Shown here: piece after piece, positions 17,706 through 28,130 of the stretch | Position numbering within the stretch: position 1 is the first letter of the stretch | Layout of the letters: every line of letters begins with the position of its first letter | Assembly: GCA_017534425.1 (NCBI GenBank) | Contig: JAFXWB010000007.1 | Location: 17,550-81,549 of the forward strand | DNA from: Bacilli bacterium | GTDB taxonomy: Bacteria; Bacillota_I; Bacilli_A; RFN20; CAG-826 | Direction of reading: 5' to 3' | Length of the DNA: 64,000 nucleotides | Program-made: the position numbers and the translations under genes | The notes under the pieces: model-generated | What the model was told of the DNA's origin: nothing | The model's database searches: none | Seen by the model: the letters and a program-made list of their open reading frames with translations, nothing else

Positions 17706-17734
17706 TTGTCTTTATAAGTACATAGTACTATAAT
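17706..17734 (+). promoter_or_regulatory. Candidate sigma-A promoter of hisS-aspS
   Basis: TTGTCT, a 17-nt spacer, then TATAAT. Confidence 0.5.
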
Positions 17735-17763
17735 GTAATTGATTAATTTAGGAGTATTTTTTT

Positions 17764-19080
17764 ATGGAAATTAACCCAGTTAAAGGAACGCACGATATAA
17801 TTGCAGACGAAGCAAATCTTTATACAATGATCGAACATACAGCCATGATGGTGGCATCTGAATTCGGTTATCAAGAAATTCGTACTCCAATTATTGAACA
17901 CACTCCTTTATTTTTAAGAAGCGTTGGAGAATCAAGTGATATAGTCAATAAAGAAATGTATACATTCGATGATAAGGGCGGAAGAAGTGTAACACTACGA
18001 CCAGAACTTACAGCAGGAATTATGCGTAGCATAGTTTCAAATAAATTACACGCAAACGCCGATCTTCCACTTAAATATCGTTACGTTGGTCCATGCTTTA
18101 GATATGAAAGACCACAAGCAGGAAGATATCGTCAGTTTAATCAATTTGGTGTTGAAGCCATCGGTGCTCCAGGTATTTATCAAGATGCTGAAGTTATTAC
18201 AATGGGTCAAAGAATTCTTCTTTCAGTTGGTCTTGAAGACGTTAAAGTTTTAATTAACTCTTTAGGTGATGAAGAATCAAGAAATGCTTATAGACAAGCG
18301 CTTAGAGAATTTTTCTCTAAACATATTGATAAAATGTGTTCTGATTGCAAAAGAAGACTTGAGCAAAACCCTCTTCGTATCTTGGATTGCAAAGTTCCAG
18401 AAGATAAAGAAATCATTAAAGACGCTCCAAAGATGATAGATTATCTCTCACCAGCTGCAAAAGCCTATTTGATGAGCGTTATCGCTATCTTAAAGAGCGT
18501 TGGCATTGAAACAGAAATTGATCCAACCCTCGTTAGAGGACTAGATTACTATACTGGTGTTGTCTTTGAATACCACTTCGAAAAGAAGGAAGGAATCGAT
18601 GATGTTGGTGCATTAGGTGCTGGTGGTCACTATGCTAACTTGCTTCAAGAAGTTGGCGGACCTTCTTTAGAAGGTGTTGGTGTTGCCTTTGGTATTGAAA
18701 GACTTGCTTACATTATCAAATCACAAATGCAACAAAACGGAATCCACTTTGGACTTGATTTTTACCTAATGGGTATGACTGATGACATTATTCAAAAGAA
18801 CTTTGTTCTTGCAGATATGTTAAGAGAAGGTGGATTTAGTGGTGAAATGAATTATTCAACTAAATCAATGGGCGCTATGTTCAAAGTCGCAGCAAGAAAA
18901 GGTGCCAAATTTGCCATTATAGTAGGCGAAGACGAAATTGCACGTAAGGAAGTTGCCGTCAAAAACTTAAAGACTCAAGAACAAACAATAGTAAAATTAG
19001 AAGATCTTGAGAATGTTTTACATTCTATGATTGATAAATATTATGCTGATATGAATGCAGCTCCTACTGAGGAGGAATAA
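17764..19080 (+). CDS. hisS: Histidine--tRNA ligase
   Basis: Class II motifs (RPE.T, FRYERPQ.GR.RQF, GGRYD-like GAGGHYA), 438 aa. Confidence 0.93.
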   Translation: MEINPVKGTHDIIADEANLYTMIEHTAMMVASEFGYQEIRTPIIEHTPLFLRSVGESSDIVNKEMYTFDDKGGRSVTLRPELTAGIMRSIVSNKLHANADLPLKYRYVGPCFRYERPQAGRYRQFNQFGVEAIGAPGIYQDAEVITMGQRILLSVGLEDVKVLINSLGDEESRNAYRQALREFFSKHIDKMCSDCKRRLEQNPLRILDCKVPEDKEIIKDAPKMIDYLSPAAKAYLMSVIAILKSVGIETEIDPTLVRGLDYYTGVVFEYHFEKKEGIDDVGALGAGGHYANLLQEVGGPSLEGVGVAFGIERLAYIIKSQMQQNGIHFGLDFYLMGMTDDIIQKNFVLADMLREGGFSGEMNYSTKSMGAMFKVAARKGAKFAIIVGEDEIARKEVAVKNLKTQEQTIVKLEDLENVLHSMIDKYYADMNAAPTEEE

Positions 19081-19082
19081 AT

Positions 19083-20807
19083 ATGTTAAGAAGTTGTTAT
19101 AACACTGATTTAAGCATTAAAGATGTTGGAAAAGAAGTTGCCTTGGTCGGTTGGGTTTCAAAGAAAAGAGACTTAGGAAGTCTTACTTTTATCGATTTAA
19201 GAGATAGAAGTGGAATCATCCAATTAACCGTCGGTGAAGGTGTTGAGATTCCAGATATTCGTAATGAATATGTTATCCAAGCAAAAGGTAAAGTTGCTAA
19301 AAAGGATGTTCCAAACAAGAACTTGAAAACTGGTGAAATAGAAGTATTGGTTAAAGAAATCAAAGTTCTTAGCAAAGCTAAAACTACTCCAATGATCATC
19401 GCAGATGAAACTGATGCCCTTGAAGATTTACGTTTAAAATACCGTTATCTCGATTTACGTAGACCTTGTTTACAAGAAAACCTAAAGAAAAGAGCAAAAA
19501 TTGTCCATTGCGCACATGAATATTTTGACGAGAATGGATTTGTCGAAGTCGAAACCCCGTGCTTAACACTTTCAACTCCTGAAGGTGCAAGAGACTATAT
19601 TGTTCCATCTAGAGTTACACATGGAGCATTTTATGCTCTTCCACAATCTCCACAATTATTTAAGCAACTTTTGATGATTGGTGGTATGGAAAGATACTAT
19701 CAAATCGCTCGTTGTTTTAGAGATGAGGATTTACGTCAAGATAGACAACCTGAATTTACGCAAATTGACTTAGAAATGAGCTTCCTTGATCAAGATGAAG
19801 TTCTTACAATCATGGAAGGTTTCTTAAAGAAAACATTTAAAGAAACAATTGGTGTTGATATTAAAACTCCGCTTCGCAGAATGGATTATGCGGAAGCAGT
19901 CGATGTCTATGGAAGCGATAAACCTGATACTAGATTTGGTCTACATCTTATTGATGTAACTGAAATACTTCAAAAAAGCGAATTTAACGGCTATAGAGAA
20001 GCAAAATCAATCAAGGCTATCGTTATTCCTGGCCAAGCTCCAGAAACCTCTAGAAAGGTCATTGACCAATTAACACTCGAAGCAAAGAAGTTTGGATTCG
20101 GTGGAATTGGTGTCTATAAAGTTACTGAAAACGGCGTTGAATCATCACTTCTTAAGTTCATGAATGAAGAACAAGTCAAAGACTTAGTTATAAAAACTGA
20201 AGCAAAAGTTAATGATTTGATTCTCGTTTTAGCGGGCGAACATGATAAAGTTTGCTTTGCCCTTGGTGCTTTACGTAGTCAATATGCACACAAACTTGGT
20301 TATATTAGACCAAATACATATGATTTGTTATGGGTTGTTAACTTCCCATTATTCGAATATAGTGAAACTGAAGGTAGATACAAAGCCTTGCATCACCCGT
20401 TCACACGCCCAACACCTGAGACTGAACATTACTTAGACAGCGATCCAAGTAAAGTTCTTTCTGCAGCATATGACATTGTCATAAATGGATACGAAGCTGG
20501 TGGTGGTTCACTTAGAATTTACGATCAAGACATGCAAAAGAAAGTATTCAATATTTTAGGCTTCTCTGATGAAGATATTGCTCGTAAGTTTGGTTATTTC
20601 GTTAAAGCATTTGAATATGGAACTCCTCCACATGGTGGAATTGCCTTTGGTCTAGAAAGATTATCAATGATAATCTGTGGAACAGAAAACATTCGTGATG
20701 TCATTGCTTTCCCAAAGAATCTTAAGGCAAGTTGCCCAATGAGTAACGCTCCATGTCCAGTAGATCCAGACCAATTAGAAGACCTTGGAATTAAGATTGT
20801 TGAATAA
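19083..20807 (+). CDS. aspS: Aspartate--tRNA ligase
   Basis: N-terminal OB fold, LRYRYLDLRR, QSPQLFKQ, FRDEDLR, and GGGSLRI. 574 aa. Confidence 0.95.
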   Translation: MLRSCYNTDLSIKDVGKEVALVGWVSKKRDLGSLTFIDLRDRSGIIQLTVGEGVEIPDIRNEYVIQAKGKVAKKDVPNKNLKTGEIEVLVKEIKVLSKAKTTPMIIADETDALEDLRLKYRYLDLRRPCLQENLKKRAKIVHCAHEYFDENGFVEVETPCLTLSTPEGARDYIVPSRVTHGAFYALPQSPQLFKQLLMIGGMERYYQIARCFRDEDLRQDRQPEFTQIDLEMSFLDQDEVLTIMEGFLKKTFKETIGVDIKTPLRRMDYAEAVDVYGSDKPDTRFGLHLIDVTEILQKSEFNGYREAKSIKAIVIPGQAPETSRKVIDQLTLEAKKFGFGGIGVYKVTENGVESSLLKFMNEEQVKDLVIKTEAKVNDLILVLAGEHDKVCFALGALRSQYAHKLGYIRPNTYDLLWVVNFPLFEYSETEGRYKALHHPFTRPTPETEHYLDSDPSKVLSAAYDIVINGYEAGGGSLRIYDQDMQKKVFNILGFSDEDIARKFGYFVKAFEYGTPPHGGIAFGLERLSMIICGTENIRDVIAFPKNLKASCPMSNAPCPVDPDQLEDLGIKIVE

Positions 20808-20820
20808 TAAGGAGAAAACA

Positions 20821-22791
20821 ATGAACGAAAAAGAATTACAACAACTTTCAATCAGCGCTATTAGAGCAACCGTAATTGATACAATTAACAAAGCAAAAAG
20901 CGGTCACCCAGGTATGGCACTTGGTAGTGCTCCTATTATGTATACCCTTTTTACTCGTCATTTAATCGCCGATCCAAAAGATCCATTGTGGTTTAATAGA
21001 GACCGTTTTGTTCTCTCTGCAGGCCACGCTAGTTCTCTTCTTTACGTAATGCTTCACATTGCTGGATACAAAGTATCCATTGATGACTTAAAAGCATTTA
21101 GACAACTAGGTAGTCTTACTCCTGGACATCCAGAATTTAGACATACTGCTGGCGTTGATGCTACTAGCGGTCCTTTAGGACAAGGTATTGCTCAAGCTGT
21201 TGGTATGGCTATGGCTGAAAGAGCTGTTAAGGCTCAATATCCACAAGGAAAATTACTTTGTAATCACTATACATACGCTTTATGCGGTGATGGATGCTTG
21301 CAAGAAGGCATTTCTCAGGAAGCCATCTCATTAGCAGGTCACCAAAAATTAAATAAATTAATTTTATTCTATGACGCCAATAACATTACATTAGATGGAA
21401 AACTTGATTTAAGTTTCTCTGAAAACGTCAAATTACGCTTTAAAGCTAGTGAATGGAACGTTTTAGAAGTTAATGATGGTAATGATGTAGAAGCAATTGA
21501 TAAAGCAATTAATAAAGCAAAATCATCCAAATCCAAACCAACTTTAATTATCGTTCATACCATAATCGGTTATGGTTCAGCCAAACAAGGAACAAATAAA
21601 GTTCATGGTAGCCCACTTGGTGATGAAGATGGTGCGAATGCTAAAGCATTCTATGGTTATAAATTCGGACAATTCGAAGTTCCAGAAGAAGTTTATAATC
21701 ACTTCAAAAATACATTTATTAAACGAGGTGAAGAAGCTCATAAAGCTTACGATAAAGAAGTTAATGCTTGGAAAGAAAGCCATAAAGGTGCCGCAAAACG
21801 TTTTGAAAGAGCACTTGCAGGAGACGTTTCTGCTTACTTCACAAAAGAGCCTAAGTTTGCCGAAGATGATGCATTAGCATCAAGAAATGCTTCTGGTAAA
21901 TGCTTAAATGAACTTTATAATAAGATTCCATTCTTGATGGGTGGATCAGCAGACGTTGCTGGTTCAGTTATGACCAAAATTGATGGTGGAATTAATTTTG
22001 AACCAAAAACTGCCAAAGGCAGAAATATTAACTGGGGCATTAGAGAATTCGCAATGGCCTCAGCTCAAAATGGTATGTTGCTCCATGGCGGAGTTAAAAC
22101 ATATGTTGGTTGTTTCTTAGTCTTTGCGGACTATATGAAAGCTGCTATTAGAATGGCTGCTTTAAGCAGACTTCCAGCAATTTACCTCTTCTCACACGAC
22201 TCAATTGCAGTCGGAGAAGATGGACCAACTCACCAACCAATTGAAACCTTAGCTATGCTAAGAAGCATTCCAAACTTCAACGTTATTCGCCCATGTGATT
22301 CACGTGAAACATATGCTGCATGGAAGCGTGCACTTGAAAGTAAGGAAACTCCAACTGCATTAATTCTTTCTAGACAAAATCTTCCAATTTTAGGAAGTAA
22401 ATACAAAGAAGTCTCCAAAGGAGCATACATAATTTCTAAAGAAAAAGACCATTTAGATGCTACTTTAATTGCAACCGGTTCTGAAGTTGGTTTAGCAGTG
22501 GAAGCACAACAAGAATTACTTGCCAAAGGAATCGACGTAAGAGTCGTTTCAATGCCTTCTTGGTATGATTTTGATAGTCAAAGCGAAGAATATAAGCAAG
22601 GAGTTATGGGCATTTGTAGATGCAAACGTTTTGCAATTGAGATGCTTTCAACCTTTGGTTGGCATAAATATGCTGCACATGTAATGGGCATTGACACATT
22701 CGGTACTTCTGCTCCTGCAAAAGCAGCGATCGCATCATTCCATTTCCTTAAGGAAGATGTCGTTAAATTTGTTGAAGAAGGACTTAAATAA
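20821..22791 (+). CDS. tkt: Transketolase
   Basis: SGHPG, GPLGQG and GDGCLQEG TPP-binding motifs. The start was moved to the ATG at 20821, which follows a GGAG SD. Confidence 0.93.
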   Translation: MNEKELQQLSISAIRATVIDTINKAKSGHPGMALGSAPIMYTLFTRHLIADPKDPLWFNRDRFVLSAGHASSLLYVMLHIAGYKVSIDDLKAFRQLGSLTPGHPEFRHTAGVDATSGPLGQGIAQAVGMAMAERAVKAQYPQGKLLCNHYTYALCGDGCLQEGISQEAISLAGHQKLNKLILFYDANNITLDGKLDLSFSENVKLRFKASEWNVLEVNDGNDVEAIDKAINKAKSSKSKPTLIIVHTIIGYGSAKQGTNKVHGSPLGDEDGANAKAFYGYKFGQFEVPEEVYNHFKNTFIKRGEEAHKAYDKEVNAWKESHKGAAKRFERALAGDVSAYFTKEPKFAEDDALASRNASGKCLNELYNKIPFLMGGSADVAGSVMTKIDGGINFEPKTAKGRNINWGIREFAMASAQNGMLLHGGVKTYVGCFLVFADYMKAAIRMAALSRLPAIYLFSHDSIAVGEDGPTHQPIETLAMLRSIPNFNVIRPCDSRETYAAWKRALESKETPTALILSRQNLPILGSKYKEVSKGAYIISKEKDHLDATLIATGSEVGLAVEAQQELLAKGIDVRVVSMPSWYDFDSQSEEYKQGVMGICRCKRFAIEMLSTFGWHKYAAHVMGIDTFGTSAPAKAAIASFHFLKEDVVKFVEEGLK

Positions 22792-22793
22792 TA

Positions 22794-23108
22794 ATGGCTG
22801 ATTATATTTATATAAATTCTAGCGATAGAGGCGGAGAACTTGCGATTTCTCGTAAAGTTTTCGCTCGTTTAGCAGAAGCAGCAGTCGGTCACACTTCATT
22901 AAAAGGAGCGGCAAAAGTTAAACAACCTGTCAAAGTCGTCTTTAAAAAAGACGGAAGGGTTGAAATTGGTATTCATGTCACTATTAAAAGAGGAGCCAAA
23001 TTAACTGATGTATGCTTAGAACTCCAAAAGGAAATTGCTCATGCACTTGAAGTTTATGTCGAAGCTGTTCCTTTTGAAATAGAGGTATCGGTGGACGAAG
23101 TTAAATAG
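22794..23108 (+). CDS. Asp23/Gls24 family envelope stress protein
   Basis: 104-aa protein immediately upstream of nusB, the position yqhY holds in Bacillus. Confidence 0.6.
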   Translation: MADYIYINSSDRGGELAISRKVFARLAEAAVGHTSLKGAAKVKQPVKVVFKKDGRVEIGIHVTIKRGAKLTDVCLELQKEIAHALEVYVEAVPFEIEVSVDEVK

Positions 23109-23110
23109 TT

Positions 23111-23521
23111 ATGGAAAGTTTGTTTTTATCTCGCAACCAAGAGCATGAATTAGTTATGACTTGCATCTATGATGCATTAATGTATGTAAACATGGGGCAA
23201 GAGTTTTCTGTTGAAGAAATTATGACCTCGGTTTTTGAAGTTAACTACGACGAAATTTCCTTCTTTTGTAAGGAACTAGTCATCAAATCTTTAGCACACC
23301 TAAGTGAGATTAAAAGCAAATTCCAGGCACAAATGCCAAAATGGAGATTTGATCGTCTTAATTTAGTAGAGCAAGCAATACTAATTATGAGTTATACTCA
23401 TAAAACAACTCAAGAAGTTGATAAAAGTATTGTAATTAATATTGCGGTTAAGCTTGCTAAAAAGTTCCTTGAAAAAGACGATTATAAATTTGTAAACGGA
23501 ATTCTCGATAAAGTTCTATGA
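23111..23521 (+). CDS. nusB: Transcription antitermination factor NusB
   Basis: Size, position before xseA, and helical NusB-like sequence with a C-terminal FVNGILDKV. Confidence 0.8.
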   Translation: MESLFLSRNQEHELVMTCIYDALMYVNMGQEFSVEEIMTSVFEVNYDEISFFCKELVIKSLAHLSEIKSKFQAQMPKWRFDRLNLVEQAILIMSYTHKTTQEVDKSIVINIAVKLAKKFLEKDDYKFVNGILDKVL

Positions 23522-24723
23522 TAAGTAAAGACGTCTTTTCTGTAAGTGCATTAAATAGATATATCAAACAAATGTTTGATAATGACTTTATACTTAGAGG
23601 ATTATGTCTTAAAGGCGAGATTTCTAATTTAAAACGTTACCCTAGTGGTCACGTCTACTTCTCCTTAAAGGATGAGGAGAGTGCAATCAAGGCTGTGATG
23701 TTTGCTCAAAACACAAGATTCATGCCTTCTACCATCAAAGATGGTGATGAAGTAATTATTACGGGCTACGTGAGCGTATACCCTCAAAGAGGCGAGTATC
23801 AAGTATACGCAGAAGCGATGGAACTATTCGGAGAAGGCGCTCAACTTCTTGAGTTAGAACTTCTTAAGAAGAAACTTGCAGCAGAAGGATTATTTGATGC
23901 TTCAAGAAAAAGGAAACTAGTTTCCTTCCCATCATCTGTTGGTGTTATAAGTGCTCCAAATAGTGCAGCGCTTGCTGACATTAGAACCAACCTTCTTAGA
24001 AGAAACCCGCTTCTAAACGTTCAAATCTTCCCGTCATTGGTACAAGGTGCGGATGCCCCTAAATCGCTCTTAGAAGCGCTAAAAAAGGCCAAAGAGAGCA
24101 ATATTGATACTCTGATCATTGGTCGAGGTGGCGGAGCAAGTGAAGATTTATCAGCATTTAATGATGAAACACTTGTTAGAGAAGCTGCTAAATTCCCGGT
24201 GCCGATTATATCGGCAGTTGGTCACGAAATAGACTTTACGCTTATAGATTACGTTGCGGATGCACGTGCTTCAACTCCTACAGGCGCTGCAGAGCTTGCA
24301 ACAATTGATAAACGTGAGATTTATGAGATGTTAAGCAATAAAGAAATCGAGTTAGATGAAACAATTACTGATTTAATCAGTAACTACTCACATAAACTTG
24401 AACTATTAAAGAAAAATTCGTTCTTTGAAAATCCAAAAGTTATGTACGAGAACACTCTTATAGAGGTTCAAAATACTTCAAAGAGATTAGATTCATTTAT
24501 GAATCATTTACTCGAAATTGAAAAACAGAAGCTTGATGCATATAAGAAACAACTTAAGTCATTATCTATAGATAATACACTTCAAAGAGGTTTCTCAATA
24601 ATGCAGAACGAAGAAGGAAAGATTATTACAAGTATCAATGATGTAGAAGTTAACCAACTGGTTAAAACAAGAGTACATGGTGGTGTATTGACTGCCAAAG
24701 TAACAAACAAGGAGGCTAAGTAA
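23518..24723 (+). CDS. xseA: Exodeoxyribonuclease VII large subunit
   Basis: N-terminal OB fold (SVS.LN..IK), GRGGGS..DL..FN motif, 401 aa. Confidence 0.92.
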   Translation: MISKDVFSVSALNRYIKQMFDNDFILRGLCLKGEISNLKRYPSGHVYFSLKDEESAIKAVMFAQNTRFMPSTIKDGDEVIITGYVSVYPQRGEYQVYAEAMELFGEGAQLLELELLKKKLAAEGLFDASRKRKLVSFPSSVGVISAPNSAALADIRTNLLRRNPLLNVQIFPSLVQGADAPKSLLEALKKAKESNIDTLIIGRGGGASEDLSAFNDETLVREAAKFPVPIISAVGHEIDFTLIDYVADARASTPTGAAELATIDKREIYEMLSNKEIELDETITDLISNYSHKLELLKKNSFFENPKVMYENTLIEVQNTSKRLDSFMNHLLEIEKQKLDAYKKQLKSLSIDNTLQRGFSIMQNEEGKIITSINDVEVNQLVKTRVHGGVLTAKVTNKEAK

Positions 24724-24912
24724 ATGGCTGAAGAAAAGATTGAATTCGAAAAGTCCTTAAAAAGACTTGAAGAAATTGTCGCCAAAGTAGAAGGCGAAAC
24801 TCTTCCTTTGGAAGAATCCTTAAAATTATACGAAGAGGGAAAGAAATTAATTGCTGCTTTAGAAAAGACTCTTAAAGAAGCAGAAAGAAAAGTTGAAGAA
24901 TTACAAAAATAA
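24724..24912 (+). CDS. xseB: Exodeoxyribonuclease VII small subunit
   Basis: 62 aa, FE.SL..LEEIV..LE motif. Confidence 0.9.
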   Translation: MAEEKIEFEKSLKRLEEIVAKVEGETLPLEESLKLYEEGKKLIAALEKTLKEAERKVEELQK

Positions 24913-24920
24913 CTATTAAT

Positions 24921-24958
24921 AGTTAGAATTCATTAATAGTAGATAATTAGTAGTTTAT
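24921..24958 (+). repeat. TAGTAG element copy 1 (core 24937-24958)
   Basis: agttagaattcattaaTAGTAGATAATTAGTAGTTTAT lies between the xseB stop and the dxs ATG. Confidence 0.7.
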
Positions 24959-24964
24959 TAGTAT

Positions 24965-26836
24965 ATGGCCAAGAAAGATGTTAACATAGTTAAGCATATA
25001 GATTTGGATTCAATTCAAGATCCAAAATTTTTAGCCACTTTAAATTACGATGAACTTAATGTTTTAGCCTCAGATATAAGAGGAAAGATTATAGAAGTTA
25101 CTAGTAACTTAGGTGGACATCTTTCAAGCAACCTCGGTGCTGTAGAATTAACAATTGCATTGCATCGAGTATTTGACTTATCTAAAGATAAAGTTATTTT
25201 TGATGTTGGTCATCAATGCTATACACATAAACTTTTAACTGGTCGTAACTTAGATAAGTTAAGACAAGAAGATGGCATCTCTGGTTTCTTGAAGATCGAC
25301 GAATCTAAATATGATTGCTATGAAGCCGGTCACTCTTCAACATCAATTTCCGCCGCAAATGGCTTTGCCATTGCTCGTGATATTAAAGGCGAAAAATACG
25401 AAGTGGTAGCGTTTATTGGCGACGGATCACTTAACTCCGGACTTGCTTTTGAAGGCTTAAACAATGTTGCACATAGCGACCATAAGATTATCATTGTCAT
25501 TAATGACAACAATATGTCCATTTCCAAACCAGTTGGTGGTCTTTCAAAGTTTTTAGAAGATATTTCAACTTCAAGAAGATATAACAGATTTAAACATAGA
25601 TATCAGAAGTTTTTTGGTAAAACCAAATTTGGTAGATGGATTTTAAGAGTTAGTAGCAAAATCAAAAATGGAATTAAACATTTGCTTATTAAAGGAAATG
25701 TATTTACCAAATTAGGCTTTGCCTACTTAGGACCAATTGACGGGCATAATATTAAAAGCATAGAAAGAGCACTTCAAAGAGCTAAAAACACAAAAAAATC
25801 TGTCGTAATTCACGCTGTTACCATTAAGGGTAAAGGATATAAACTAGCAGAAGAAGACGAGACAGGATTCTGGCACGGCACAGGTCCATTTAATGTTGAA
25901 ACTGGCGAACCAAAGAATAAACATGAAGGACTTATTTCGTGGTCGCACGTATTCGCAGACTTAACTGAACTTGAAATGAAAGAACATGAAAATAGCGTTC
26001 TTATTTCTCCTGCAACCTTTAAGGGTTCTAATCTAGAAGAACTTGGATCTAAATTCAAAAATAGAGTTTATGATGTCGGAATTAATGAAGAACACGCTGC
26101 TACCTTAGCAAGTTCAATTGCTCTTTCTGGAATTCATCCAATCATTTCAATCTATTCAACATTTCTCCAACGTGCATATGACGAAGTCAGTCATGACTTA
26201 GCACGTATGAATTTAAGTACCACATTCCTTATTGATAGAGCTGGTTTAGTGGGTGCTGATGGCGAAACTCACCAAGGCATCTATGATGAAGCTTACTTAT
26301 CAACGATTCCTGGTACTGTAATTACAATGCCATCAACAATTGATGAAGCAAAGCTTCTTTACGATGAATCATTTAATAATCACGGACCATTTTTTATTAG
26401 ACTTCCAAGAACTTTAACCGCAAAACAAGATGGATTTAACGATGTTAATGTTGAGTTTGGCAAGTGGATTAAGGTTAGAGAAGAATCTAAAGATTTGGTT
26501 GTTATCGCTGTCGGACCATCTTTACGTGAACTTGATGCGCTTATTTCTAACGAGGGCGTGAAATGTACGCTTGTAAATGCTATTTATGTCAATCCAATCG
26601 ACAAAACAATGCTTGACGAGATCCTCGAAGCTAAGAAAATAGTCATTTATGACCCTTATTCGACGCGAGGAGGGCTTGTAAACAGTGTGATGGCATATTT
26701 ACTTGAGAAAAAGTTTAAGGGCTCTATTTCGGCCTATTTCGTGCCAAATGAGTTTGTCAAGCAAGGAACAATTCGCCAGCAATTAGAAAGATTTAACATA
26801 ACTCCTGAGGATGTTCTAAAAGAACTTAAGAAATGA
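24965..26836 (+). CDS. dxs: 1-deoxy-D-xylulose-5-phosphate synthase
   Basis: GGHL.S.LG..EL, DVGHQ.Y.HK.LTGR and GDG TPP motifs. 623 aa. No SD upstream. Confidence 0.93.
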   Translation: MAKKDVNIVKHIDLDSIQDPKFLATLNYDELNVLASDIRGKIIEVTSNLGGHLSSNLGAVELTIALHRVFDLSKDKVIFDVGHQCYTHKLLTGRNLDKLRQEDGISGFLKIDESKYDCYEAGHSSTSISAANGFAIARDIKGEKYEVVAFIGDGSLNSGLAFEGLNNVAHSDHKIIIVINDNNMSISKPVGGLSKFLEDISTSRRYNRFKHRYQKFFGKTKFGRWILRVSSKIKNGIKHLLIKGNVFTKLGFAYLGPIDGHNIKSIERALQRAKNTKKSVVIHAVTIKGKGYKLAEEDETGFWHGTGPFNVETGEPKNKHEGLISWSHVFADLTELEMKEHENSVLISPATFKGSNLEELGSKFKNRVYDVGINEEHAATLASSIALSGIHPIISIYSTFLQRAYDEVSHDLARMNLSTTFLIDRAGLVGADGETHQGIYDEAYLSTIPGTVITMPSTIDEAKLLYDESFNNHGPFFIRLPRTLTAKQDGFNDVNVEFGKWIKVREESKDLVVIAVGPSLRELDALISNEGVKCTLVNAIYVNPIDKTMLDEILEAKKIVIYDPYSTRGGLVNSVMAYLLEKKFKGSISAYFVPNEFVKQGTIRQQLERFNITPEDVLKELKK

Positions 26837-26839
26837 AAT

Positions 26840-26864
26840 TGAGGCGTTTGCCTCTTTTTCTTTT
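26840..26864 (+). terminator. Intrinsic terminator after dxs
   Basis: gaggc-gttt-gcctc followed by TTTTTCTTTT. Confidence 0.65.
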
Positions 26865-26921
26865 AGACGATTTGGTTAACATAATATTGAATGTAAAAGC
26901 ATTCTTCTATAAAATAGAATT

Positions 26922-28130
26922 ATGAGTAAAATCATCCTTCATATTGATCTCAATGCCTTTTTTGTGAGATGCGAAGAACTCAAAGATCCTACACTTGAAG
27001 GCAAACCAGTTATTATCGGAAAAGTCGGTCGTGGTGGTATTGTTTCAACTTGTTCATATGAAGCAAGAAAGTATGGTGTTCGTTCAGGAATGCCAACTTA
27101 TGAAGCTTTGCTTAAATGTAAAGACGCAATAGTTTTGGAATCAGATTTTCACTTTTATCATGAAAAATCGACACAATTCTTTGCTTTTTTAAAGAACTAC
27201 ACTAATTTGATTGAACCAGCATCAGTTGATGAATGCTTTGCGGACTTTACAAATGTTCTTAAAAATGAAAAAGAACCGCTTGTTTTCTTAAGAAACATGC
27301 AGAAAGAACTTTATAAAGAGACAGGTCTTAAGTGTTCAATTGGTGTTGCACCTACTAAATTTCTCGCGAAAATGGCGTCTGATATGAAAAAGCCTTTAGG
27401 CTTAGTTGTTATTCGTAAAAGAGACGCAAAGAAAATATTAGCGCCTTTAGCAATTGAAGATTTCTTTGGAATCGGCAAGAAAACTGCCCCACATTTAAGA
27501 GAACTTGGCATAAATACAATCGGTGATTTAATTAAGCGAATTGATGAAGAAGATCCTGTAATTAAGGAAGTTCTTGGTAAATTTTACTTTGTAATAAGCG
27601 ATTGGATTAACGGAAAAGGCGATGACGAAATTAATACTGAACCATTTGATCCGAAATCTATAGGCCACTCTACAACACTATTTAGTGACGCTCTTTCAGT
27701 TGAGGAACTAGAGAAACCTTTAAGAGAATTATCAGAAGAAGTAGCAAGGGATGCTCAAAAGAGAGGCAAGAAAGGAAAAACTGTTCAACTTGTCTTAAAA
27801 GACAACGAATTCAAAATTATTAATAGGTCCAGGAGACTCGGCCAACTTTCTAACAGTTTTGATGACATTTTCAAAACGGCATTGGAGCTTCTAAAAGAAA
27901 ACTATAACGGAAAACCGACTCGTTTAATTGGCGTTACACTCCAACAACTTCAAAATCCTAAGGAAACTTATGAGCAATTATCAATTTTTGATAATTATGA
28001 ACAAATTAAGGAAGAAAACGAGACGAGACTTCTCATCGGAGATTTAAATAGACAAATGCATAAATCAGTGTTTAAAACAGCCGCTGATCATTTAAGGGAG
28101 TCAGGAAATGACACTAAAAGAGGCAGCTGA
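26922..28130 (+). CDS. dinB: DNA polymerase IV (Y-family)
   Basis: HIDLNAFF, SVDE.F.D, and the C-terminal little-finger region. Confidence 0.9.
   Translation: MSKIILHIDLNAFFVRCEELKDPTLEGKPVIIGKVGRGGIVSTCSYEARKYGVRSGMPTYEALLKCKDAIVLESDFHFYHEKSTQFFAFLKNYTNLIEPASVDECFADFTNVLKNEKEPLVFLRNMQKELYKETGLKCSIGVAPTKFLAKMASDMKKPLGLVVIRKRDAKKILAPLAIEDFFGIGKKTAPHLRELGINTIGDLIKRIDEEDPVIKEVLGKFYFVISDWINGKGDDEINTEPFDPKSIGHSTTLFSDALSVEELEKPLRELSEEVARDAQKRGKKGKTVQLVLKDNEFKIINRSRRLGQLSNSFDDIFKTALELLKENYNGKPTRLIGVTLQQLQNPKETYEQLSIFDNYEQIKEENETRLLIGDLNRQMHKSVFKTAADHLRESGNDTKRGS

Noticed and set aside
17674-17763. T-box leaders upstream of hisS/aspS, and likewise upstream of glyQS at 54116-54196.
   Set aside because: The spacers are only ~80-90 nt. 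They contain no T-box sequence or specifier/antiterminator architecture, only promoter-like hexamers.
24937-24958. Reading the TAGTAG element as an engineered three-frame stop cassette or watermark.
   Set aside because: The copies differ by point changes and share variable natural-looking flanks. Nothing else in the window looks synthetic. It is kept as a natural repeat finding instead.
26870-26886. 17-nt identical string atttggttaacataata, also present at 32697-32713. Both copies are intergenic and lie after terminators.
   Set aside because: The flanks are unrelated and the orientation relative to neighbouring genes differs. By my rough composition-based estimate, a few exact 17-mers are expected by chance among all position pairs in 64 kb of AT-rich DNA. 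It does not look like a LexA box for dinB.
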